A stretch of DNA of 51,531 bases. It comes from Myxococcales bacterium (GTDB taxonomy: Bacteria; Myxococcota_A; Polyangia; Fen-1088). Below are positions 37,223 through 44,780 of the stretch, piece by piece. Under the pieces are notes generated by a model. The model did no database searches. It saw only the letters and a program-made list of their open reading frames with translations, and was not told where the DNA came from. The number at the start of each line of letters is the position of its first letter. The stretch's first letter is position 1. The position numbers and the translations under genes are program-made. The stretch is taken from the NCBI GenBank assembly GCA_003158395.1, contig PMIX01000238.1:1-51531 (forward strand), given 5' to 3'.

Positions 37223-38897
37223 CGAAGACTCCGTTCATGTGGGTCGTGGTCAGGACTCCCGACCCGCTGGAAAAGATGATGTTTCCGGCAGAGTCTATGG
37301 TGCTGCCGTGGCAGGCGACACACCCGGTTCGTGTTACCCCGGTCGGGTGTCCCGAAAACTGTGGTGGGATGCCGTGACAGGTGGCGCCGCACGCGCCGCT
37401 GTCGGGTGAGACCCAGTTGGGCGTCTGCTGGATGCCCGGGGTCCTGTCTGTGTTGAGCGGCTCACCGCCGCCGTGACAGTACGCGCCCGAGCAAGTCGCC
37501 CGACTGCGATCCCATACCGGCGCCGCGCTCTGGGCCCGCGCCAACGTCCCCGAGCCGGGTACGTTGGGGAAGACCGCGGCCGCCGCGACTGTGCCGGGCG
37601 CGTGACCTGGGCCGAAATGGCCGGGGCTAAGCACGTTGGCCGGAACCTGATGGCACTCCGAGCACTGGATCGGGCCACGAATGTCGAGCTGGGGCGTTAC
37701 CAAATGCCGCTGGTGCTGCCCCACCCCGATGGCCCCTGGATCGGAATTCCCTTGTAGATCGGGAGGGGGCGCCGGGGAGGCGGCTGAACCGTGGCAGGTG
37801 TTGCAGGGCGTGTTCGCGTCAGCAAAATCGACCGTGCCGTTGAGGTGCAGGTTCGCGCTGATCAGGTTGGTCTGCGCGTCGACAACGTTGCGATGGCAAC
37901 TCGAGCAGCGGGTCCCGCCTGCGCCGTTGGGCGGAAGGCCGTGGCAGAAGGTGCAGGTTTGGGTCGCGGGTCGAGGCGCGGCATTCCAGCTTGGGTTGTT
38001 AGTCACCGCCGCCGAGTCGGCGGTGGTGGCGCCATGGCAGTAAACGTTGCTGCACGTTTGCAGGTTCGCATCCCAGGCCGGCGGCCCCGCGCGCGTTCCA
38101 TCGGCGGGCGTGAGCGCGGCCAGTCCAGCCACCAGCGAGACTTGTGCAGGGCCGGTGCGCAGTGAGCCGTCGAGCGCAAGACCGTGATCCTGAGCGCTCT
38201 TGTGATCCGGATGGCAAGTCGAACAAGTGAACTGCTTGGCCAGCAGGCCACCGTCAACGTGGATCTTGTGCTTGCCCGAGGCTGGCGTGGAAGCGTGGCA
38301 GGCTGCACAGGCTGGCGTACCGTCGGGATTCATCACCATGGGCTGCATGCCGCCCGAGCCCTGGTGGCACGACAAGCAAGACACCCCTGTCGCCCCACCG
38401 GAAAAGTCCTGGCCATGGCACTTCTGACAAACGCCGAAATTGAAGTTGGACTCGAGCAGAATCGTGCCGTGGAAGTCGGGCTGCGCAGGATCCAGAACCC
38501 CGGCCGTGTGCACCGAGGTTGCCTCCTGCAGATAGGTGGCCCGGCAGGCGACCACCCATTTCGTTGCCTGTTCGTAGACATCGGGCATCCCCAAATGCGG
38601 GCCGGTTGCCGTCACTGGGTTCAGCACGGAAAGGAGCTTGGAACGACCATCGCCCGCGACCACATCTGGCGTCGTGCCCGCCCCCAGGGCGAGATTGTAG
38701 GTCGTCGTGTCGTAGCCACCCTGGGCCGGGCCCCCGTCTCCAGACGAGTGGCATTGGCTGCATCTCTCCTTGAAGAGTGGCCCGATGTTGTTCTCCCAAT
38801 CGGGGCAAGCGCGAGGGTCATTGACCAGTGGCCGCGCCTTCGCACATCCAAGGATTGAAACAGCCAGAGCGACTCCTGCGGCAAGACTGTGTTTCAT
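37212..38897 (-). CDS. Multiheme c-type cytochrome lipoprotein with CX4CH...CXXCH (Geobacter-type) repeat units
   Basis: ATG 38897 gives MKHSLAAGVALAVSILGC (lipobox). It has 10 CXXCH, 2 CX4CH (CSNVYCH, CSGAYCH) and 1 CX3CH (CGATCH). Its stop overlaps the start of the barrel gene by 11 nt. Confidence 0.85.
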   Translation of the reverse strand: MKHSLAAGVALAVSILGCAKARPLVNDPRACPDWENNIGPLFKERCSQCHSSGDGGPAQGGYDTTTYNLALGAGTTPDVVAGDGRSKLLSVLNPVTATGPHLGMPDVYEQATKWVVACRATYLQEATSVHTAGVLDPAQPDFHGTILLESNFNFGVCQKCHGQDFSGGATGVSCLSCHQGSGGMQPMVMNPDGTPACAACHASTPASGKHKIHVDGGLLAKQFTCSTCHPDHKSAQDHGLALDGSLRTGPAQVSLVAGLAALTPADGTRAGPPAWDANLQTCSNVYCHGATTADSAAVTNNPSWNAAPRPATQTCTFCHGLPPNGAGGTRCSSCHRNVVDAQTNLISANLHLNGTVDFADANTPCNTCHGSAASPAPPPDLQGNSDPGAIGVGQHQRHLVTPQLDIRGPIQCSECHQVPANVLSPGHFGPGHAPGTVAAAAVFPNVPGSGTLARAQSAAPVWDRSRATCSGAYCHGGGEPLNTDRTPGIQQTPNWVSPDSGACGATCHGIPPQFSGHPTGVTRTGCVACHGSTIDSAGNIIFSSGSGVLTTTHMNGVFDGD

Positions 38898-38979
38898 CAA
38901 ATGGCCCCACCAGAAATGCTGTTGCGTCGGCAACGGTGCGAATATCGCCATCCTGACCTTCTGGCGCATCTTTCGGCGT

Positions 38980-38985
38980 AGTATA
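38980..38985 (-). promoter_or_regulatory. Possible -10 box (TATACT) in the AT-richer divergent region upstream of the cytochrome operon
   Basis: The minus strand reads TTGCCT-15 nt-TATACT about 80 nt upstream of ATG 38897. The spacer is short. No GG-N10-GC sigma-54 motif was found here. Confidence 0.2.
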
Positions 38986-39027
38986 TGCAAGTTATCCGAT
39001 AGGCAAAAGTGACTAAATCAGTGTCGC

Positions 39028-39843
39028 GTGGTTCGGTGCCGCATCACATCGCAGCAACCGGACGTCTGGAGAGACTGTCAGCAAGAACACCACGATTGGA
39101 TTCACTCGGGCCGTTGTCTGCGCCAGTTTCTGTGGCTCGCGCGCTCGTGCTGTTCGGACTACCATCCTGACGCCGCCCGTCTAAACTTCCCACCCCCCAA
39201 CGGAGAGCGTCCCCTGAGATTCAAGCTGGTCATATTCGACTTCGACGGCACGCTGGCCGACAGTCTCGGCTGGTTTATCGGCATTTCCGATCGACTGGCT
39301 GACGAGTTCGGGTTCGACAGAATCGACAAGCAGCAAGTCGCCACCCTCAGGCGTCACGACGCTGCCACGCTGCTGAAACTACACCATGTGCCCCTTTGGA
39401 AGGTGCCCTTCATCGCGGCTCGCTTCCGGATGTTGATGGCCAAACAGATCCGGATGATCGCGCCCTTTCCTGGGGTGGCCGACGTGCTCGGCCAACTGGC
39501 GCAGGCGGGCGCGACGCTGGCCGTGGTGACGTCCAACTCCTGCGCCAATGTTCGTCGTGTCCTGGGAAGGAAAAGCGCGGGGCTCCTGGTGGCCTGCGAG
39601 GGGGGCGTGTCCATCTTTGGCAAGCGCTTGAAGCTGCGCAAGGTTTTGCGGCGCAGTGGAATCCACCCTGCCCAGGCCATCTTCATCGGCGACGAGATTC
39701 GCGACATCGAGGCCGCCCGCCACGCGGGCATCGCGAGCGGCGCGGTGGCCTGGGGTTTCACGGACCTGGATGCACTCAAGGCTCATTCGCCGGACATGCT
39801 CTTCGGGAGTGTAGGCGAGATGCTCTCGGTGCTGGTTGGGTAG
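39028..39843 (+). CDS. HAD-superfamily hydrolase (phosphoglycolate phosphatase-like, subfamily IA)
   Basis: Motif I VIFDFDGTLADS, motif II VVTSNS, motif III/IV K...FIGDEIRDIEAARHAG. The first ~60 aa of the track ORF look non-native. The real start may be near 39214 (GGAGA at 39202). Confidence 0.7.
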   Translation: MVRCRITSQQPDVWRDCQQEHHDWIHSGRCLRQFLWLARSCCSDYHPDAARLNFPPPNGERPLRFKLVIFDFDGTLADSLGWFIGISDRLADEFGFDRIDKQQVATLRRHDAATLLKLHHVPLWKVPFIAARFRMLMAKQIRMIAPFPGVADVLGQLAQAGATLAVVTSNSCANVRRVLGRKSAGLLVACEGGVSIFGKRLKLRKVLRRSGIHPAQAIFIGDEIRDIEAARHAGIASGAVAWGFTDLDALKAHSPDMLFGSVGEMLSVLVG

Positions 39844-39852
39844 ACCTGGGCG

Positions 39853-41247
39853 CTAGCCCTTCTTAAAGTCCTCTGAGCGAACACTGTAGCGCTTGAGCAG
39901 GCGATGGAGACTTTCGCGCTCGATGCCAGCCCGCTCGGCGGCGCGGGTCACGTTGCCGTCGAACTCGCGCATGAGCACGGCCAAATATTCCCGCGAGATG
40001 CGGTCCCGCGCGGTCTCCATGGCCTCGCGGTAGGGCATCCTGACCAGCACCTCGGCCGGAAGCGCGCCCACCTGGGCGCCCCGCAGCTCCGCCGGCAGAT
40101 CGCGGATGTCGATCTCCTTTCCGGCCGCGATAGCCACCGCGCGCTCGATGGCGTTCTCCAACTCGCGCACGTTGCCCGGCCAGTTGTAGGCCGTCAGCGC
40201 CCGCAGAGCCGCGTTGCCGATCCCCGTGACATCGCGCTTGCCGCTGCGCGTGTGTTTGGCGAGAAAGTGGGCCGCCAGCGCCGGGATGTCCTCGCGTCGC
40301 TCGCGCAAGGCGGGCATGCGGATGGGGAAAACGTGCAATCGGTAGTAGAGATCCTCACGGAACCGTCCTGCCTGTACCTCGGCCTTGAGGTCCCGGTGGG
40401 TGGCGGTGATGATCCGCACGTCGACCGGGAACGACTTGTTCTCGCCCACCCGACGGATCTCCCTGTCCTGCAGAACCCGATTCAGCTTCACCTGAACCGG
40501 CAAGGGCAGCTCCCCCACCTCGTCCAGGAACAGCGTGCCGTGGTTGGCTTCCTCAAACAGGCCCGGTTTGCTGGCAGCCGCGCCGGTGAAGGCACCCTTG
40601 GCGTGGCCAAAGAGTTCGCTCTCCACCAACTCGGCCGGCAGCGCGCCAGAGTTCACCGGAACGAAGCGATTGTGTTTGCGCCCACTGTGGTAGTGCACCG
40701 CACGCGCCGCCAGCTCCTTGCCCGTGCCGGTTTCCCCGGTGAGCAGCACCGTCATGTCAAGCCCCGCGGCCCGCTCCAGAAGACCGTACACCTCGCGCAT
40801 GGGCGGGCTCTTGCCGACCATGTTGTGGAACGAGTTCACACCCTCCAGCTCCTTGCGCAGGCTCACCGTCTGTGCGCGCAGGCGTCGGCGCTCCAGGGCG
40901 CGCGCCACCACCAGCGCCGCGGCGTCGGGATCAAAGGGCTTCTGGATGTAGTCGTACGCGCCCTGTTTCATGGCCTCGACCGCGTCGGGAACCGAGCCGT
41001 AGGCAGTCATCAAGACCACCTCGGTCTCGGGCCAGCGCGCTTTGACGGATTCCAACACCGTGAAGCCACTGGCACCCGGCATCTTGAGATCGGTCACCAC
41101 CACGTCGTACTCGTGCTCCGCGATCAGCGCCAAGGCCTTGGCGCCGTCGCTGGCGGTGCTGAGGTTGTGCTCGTCGCCCAGGATCTTGGCGAACAGCTTG
41201 AGCATGTTCTCCTTGTCGTCCACCACCAACACGGAAGGCTGGTTCAT
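39853..41247 (-). CDS. Sigma-54-dependent response regulator (NtrC family: REC-AAA+-Fis HTH)
   Basis: REC domain (VLVVDDKENM...VVVTDLKMPG), Walker A GETGTGKE, the GAFTGA motif (ESELFGHAKGAFTGA), VRELENAIERAV, and a C-terminal HTH (GNVTRAAERAGIERESLHRLLKRY). Confidence 0.9.
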   Translation of the reverse strand: MNQPSVLVVDDKENMLKLFAKILGDEHNLSTASDGAKALALIAEHEYDVVVTDLKMPGASGFTVLESVKARWPETEVVLMTAYGSVPDAVEAMKQGAYDYIQKPFDPDAAALVVARALERRRLRAQTVSLRKELEGVNSFHNMVGKSPPMREVYGLLERAAGLDMTVLLTGETGTGKELAARAVHYHSGRKHNRFVPVNSGALPAELVESELFGHAKGAFTGAAASKPGLFEEANHGTLFLDEVGELPLPVQVKLNRVLQDREIRRVGENKSFPVDVRIITATHRDLKAEVQAGRFREDLYYRLHVFPIRMPALRERREDIPALAAHFLAKHTRSGKRDVTGIGNAALRALTAYNWPGNVRELENAIERAVAIAAGKEIDIRDLPAELRGAQVGALPAEVLVRMPYREAMETARDRISREYLAVLMREFDGNVTRAAERAGIERESLHRLLKRYSVRSEDFKKG

Positions 41248-42713
41248 GTCGTGTCTCCTTTGGGGCGCGGCAAGCGTATGACGAAGCAGGTGCCGCCCGG
41301 TCCGGGCGGCTCGGCGACGATCTCGCCACCATGGGCGCGCGCGATAGCTTGCGAGACCGCCAGGCCCAGACCGGTTCCGCGCGGCTTGTTCGTGAAAAAA
41401 GGTTCGAACAGGCGCTCGCGCGCCTCCGCATCCAGGCCCGGACCTGAATCACGAACCGTCACCTGCGAACGCTCCCCGTTGTCTCCGACATGGATCTCGA
41501 CGCGTCCGGCGGGAGCAGCCGCCTCAACCGCGTTCTTGATGAGGTTGAACAGAACCTGGCGCAGCTTGGACGCCGTGCCCGTGACGCCACCCTGCCCCGT
41601 GACCGCCACAGTCACGCCCGGTGTCGGCGCCGCTTCCGCAAGCCGTGCCACCACGTCGTCGCATAGCGCGCGCAGGTCCACGCGCTGCGATCCGACCACG
41701 ACTGGCCGCGAAAAATCGAGGAGTCCCTCCACGATCTCCTGACAGCGCAGGACCTCTTCCTCCACGATCGCCAGATCGTCGCCCAGCGGCCCGACCGCCT
41801 TTTTGCGCAAAAGGCGCGTGTACCCCAGGATCACTCCCAACGGGTTGTTGATCTCGTGTGCCACGCCGGCGGCCAGGCGGCCCACGCCGGCTAGGCGCTC
41901 GCTCTGCAGGAGACGGTGCTGCTGTTCCTTGAGCGATGCGACCATGTTGTTGAACTGCCGGGCCAGGTCGCCGAATTCGTCGTTGCCGCCAACTGCGATG
42001 CTGGTATCCAGGTCGCCGGCTGCCAGCCGTTCTGCTCCGGCATGGAGAAGCGCAACCGGCCGCGCAACCTTGCGGCCAAGATAGACGGCCACTCCCCCGG
42101 CCAGAAGCGGCGCCAGCACCAGGAAGAACACGCTCCAGCCCAAGGTCCGATCGCGGGTTGCCTGGGCAAATGACTGCAGGTCCCCGATGGCGTCTTCGAA
42201 GCGCTTGGCCAAAAGATCGGTTCGTTGCTGAATGCGGCCTACCACGGCCAGGGCGCGCGCATGCTCGACATGGGCGTCCGCGGTCCGACCGGAGAGCACG
42301 GCCGGCACGATCTGCCGGCTGAAGATGCTGTCCAATTCGGCGGCACCGGCCTCGATGTCGTCGACCCAGGCGCTCTCGTCAGGCCTTTCCGCCCGCTCGC
42401 GCAAGTCATTGATCAGGGTGAGAACCCGTGCTTTGGCTTCGGAATAGAAGCCGAGATGGCTGTCGTTGCCGATGATAATGGTGTGGGCTTGGTGGGCGTA
42501 CTGGTCGCGCACGGCGCTGGCCAAATCCAAGGCCAAACGCATGCTGTCCATTCGCGCGCGCGTCCGGGCCAGACCGCGGTTGACCTGGGCGAAACCGAGC
42601 AGCGCGATCGACGTGGCGCCAGCGTAGAGCGCGATCAGTGCCGCAAACGCCAGCGCCAACCGCCGCGCGGTTCCGGAGCGGACGCCAATCATGCTGAAGA
42701 CCGACGGTGACAT
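41244..42713 (-). CDS. Sensor histidine kinase (helical periplasmic sensor, HAMP, HisKA, HATPase)
   Basis: Two TM segments, HAMP (AAGDLDTSIAVGGNDEFGDLARQFNNM), H-box GVAHEINNPLG, N-box LIKNAVEA, and G-boxes DSGPGL / GTGLGLAV. 4-nt overlap with the response-regulator gene. Confidence 0.85.
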   Translation of the reverse strand: MSPSVFSMIGVRSGTARRLALAFAALIALYAGATSIALLGFAQVNRGLARTRARMDSMRLALDLASAVRDQYAHQAHTIIIGNDSHLGFYSEAKARVLTLINDLRERAERPDESAWVDDIEAGAAELDSIFSRQIVPAVLSGRTADAHVEHARALAVVGRIQQRTDLLAKRFEDAIGDLQSFAQATRDRTLGWSVFFLVLAPLLAGGVAVYLGRKVARPVALLHAGAERLAAGDLDTSIAVGGNDEFGDLARQFNNMVASLKEQQHRLLQSERLAGVGRLAAGVAHEINNPLGVILGYTRLLRKKAVGPLGDDLAIVEEEVLRCQEIVEGLLDFSRPVVVGSQRVDLRALCDDVVARLAEAAPTPGVTVAVTGQGGVTGTASKLRQVLFNLIKNAVEAAAPAGRVEIHVGDNGERSQVTVRDSGPGLDAEARERLFEPFFTNKPRGTGLGLAVSQAIARAHGGEIVAEPPGPGGTCFVIRLPRPKGDTT

Positions 42714-42940
42714 TCGCGGTTACAGTGTAGCCGAAACGGTCAACGCCCGCCAAGGCGCGAGGACAAATTGTGCAAATATGATGGGCAGCGGGCCTGCCCG
42801 GCATGGCCCGCCATCATGTATGATCGCGCGATGGCCACCTCGTTCCTAAGCCTCATGGGAGCGCTGCGCTCCTCCCAACTGTACCCCCGGCGACCTTGCA
42901 CTTGAGAACCTTGCCCGCCCGACGACGGCTGCACGTTGCC

Positions 42941-44458
42941 ATGGCAGCTCTCGCGCGCCACGAAGCAGCCCTGCTGTTCGTTTGTGTAACGAGCGTCTAT
43001 CTTCTCACGCGGTACCCCGCTGTGGGGGGGAGATACCAGTGGGGCGACGCCGCCAAGTGGCAGTACCTCGGCTCCATTCTGGGTGTCTCTCACCCGCCTG
43101 GCAGTCCGCTTTATGTCCTGCTCACATTTCTTTGGTCGAAGCTGCCACTTGGTACGGGGCTGGGCGCGAAGATCATGGCCTTCTCCTCTGTCTGCGGCGG
43201 TGGCGCGGTGTCTTTGCTATACGCAAGCGCGCGGCGGCTGTCCTTTTCGCGGGCAGCGTCACTTCTTGCCGCAGGGGTGTTCGCGTTTTCTCTGCCCGTT
43301 TGGGTCTTCTCCACCGAGGCCGAGGTCTATTCGGCGTTTGCGTTGAGTATGGCTTTCGTCATTCACCGCGCGTTGCTGTGGAGGACAGGCCTACGCGACC
43401 GAGATCTCTGGGCGGCCTATTTCGTCTACGCGCTTTCGTTCTCGATCCACTACATGGCCATCACCTACTTCTTGCCGTTGGCCATGCTGTTGGTAGGAAC
43501 AAACTGGCGCGCGATTCTTCGCCCGACCAACGTGCTCATGGCGCTCGCAGCGATCATGGCGGGTTTGTTGCCGATGCTCTGGCTATGGTTTCGGATCCCC
43601 GGGGCAGACTACAACGAGTTTCCAGGGCCGAGAACTTGGCCGAAGTTCATCGATTTCCTCCTCGCACGCCAATACCGCAACACGATGTTTTCATTTACGT
43701 TGAAGCAGATGTGCTTCGACCGAATCGGTTGGGGCGTGTCAAGACTCGGTCGGTTCATGGGGTTCCCACTCCTGGCGGTCGTACCCATAGGCGTGCCGTG
43801 TCTTGCGCGGGTGGCCCGGCTCGTGGCCGCGTTTGCTGTGGTGGGGTTCCTCGCGCCTTTTCTGTTTTGGGTGGGCTACGCTCGGGGAGACGAGTTGGCG
43901 GGAGCCATCCCCGTCTTGATGATAGCGGGGATTCTTGTGGCGTCGGTTTTCGACTCCCTAGCTTCAACGGTCACGCCTCGTTGGGTGCGCATCAGCGTCT
44001 CCCTTGTCGCGATAGCATCCGCTGCAATCAGTCCCATCGCCACCGCTGCGGAATTTGCCCAGCATGATCCCGCGGTCCATTTCACCTATGCCGTCGACTC
44101 GATTCCGAAGTACCGCTGGGACGTCGCCTGCATAGTCCAGCAGGCTGAGCCGAATGCCACGATCGTGCCGCCGTACGGCGACTACGGTTCGAGACAGATC
44201 GTCTACTACCACCGCTATGCCGATCCCGTCGTGAAGGCAAAGCACCTCACGTTCAGATACTTCTTCGCAGCTCCCAGCGAATGGGCGTGGGCGCCTCCGT
44301 CGTGGACGCCTGATCCGTCAGAACCCGGTCCCATATATTTCTACTCCGGCAGCTACGTCGATCGGTTCCGTCGCTCCGGATTCCGCGTCGAAGAGACAAC
44401 CATGGGCGCCTGTGACGGCAAGGGAGGTACTTTGCCGTTCTATCGCGCGTCGCATTAA
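42941..44458 (+). CDS. DUF2723 (TMEM260-like) polytopic membrane protein, second and shorter paralog
   Basis: YLLTRYPAVGGRYQWGDAAKWQYLGSILGVSHPPGSPLYVLLTFLW parallels the N-terminal signature of the 14229-16391 paralog. It is multi-TM. ATG 42941 is favoured over the TTG at 42896. Confidence 0.75.
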   Translation: MAALARHEAALLFVCVTSVYLLTRYPAVGGRYQWGDAAKWQYLGSILGVSHPPGSPLYVLLTFLWSKLPLGTGLGAKIMAFSSVCGGGAVSLLYASARRLSFSRAASLLAAGVFAFSLPVWVFSTEAEVYSAFALSMAFVIHRALLWRTGLRDRDLWAAYFVYALSFSIHYMAITYFLPLAMLLVGTNWRAILRPTNVLMALAAIMAGLLPMLWLWFRIPGADYNEFPGPRTWPKFIDFLLARQYRNTMFSFTLKQMCFDRIGWGVSRLGRFMGFPLLAVVPIGVPCLARVARLVAAFAVVGFLAPFLFWVGYARGDELAGAIPVLMIAGILVASVFDSLASTVTPRWVRISVSLVAIASAAISPIATAAEFAQHDPAVHFTYAVDSIPKYRWDVACIVQQAEPNATIVPPYGDYGSRQIVYYHRYADPVVKAKHLTFRYFFAAPSEWAWAPPSWTPDPSEPGPIYFYSGSYVDRFRRSGFRVEETTMGACDGKGGTLPFYRASH

Positions 44459-44697
44459 CCGCGGCCTCTCGCTTGATGGTGAGACACGCCTCGCGCGCGC
44501 GGTCGACGCAGTGCTGTGGGGCTGATACGACGGCCAACCGTCGCGGAGTCGCTTCCTTCCCGAAAACGAGGGTGCTCATGGCTGGCTCCCTCCGAGCACC
44601 CGTCGTGTGGGCACTTCACCGGACACAAAACGCGGAGTCCCATCATCCAACAGCCGATCGCAGCAACCAGACAAATACCCTACGCCTACCGATTTAC

Positions 44698-44726
44698 TTG
44701 GATTTGCCCCTGCGAGATGCTAATCA
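44698..44726 (+). promoter_or_regulatory. Ambiguous promoter candidate upstream of the collagen-like cytochrome gene
   Basis: TTGGAT-17 nt-(TGc)TAATCA reads as a weak sigma-70 extended -10 promoter. The same stretch, TGGATTTGCCCCTGCG, also satisfies the minimal sigma-54 GG-N10-GC spacing (44700-44713). Neither match is strong. Confidence 0.2.
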
Positions 44727-44780
44727 ATTCGACATAGTTTGCGCGACCTTGGCAGCCGTCCTTCCGGAGGTAACAGGCCC

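Noticed and set aside
38898-39027. Search for a sigma-54 promoter upstream of the porin-cytochrome-like operon
   Set aside because: I checked every GG on the minus strand for GC at +12, and none fits TGGCAC-N5-TTGC. Only a weak sigma-70-like TTGCCT-15-TATACT was seen.
39904-41742. 612-aa + strand ORF
   Set aside because: It is entirely antisense to the NtrC-type regulator and the histidine kinase, both of which have unambiguous motifs. It has an Arg/Gly/His/Val-rich composition typical of GC-rich antisense frames.
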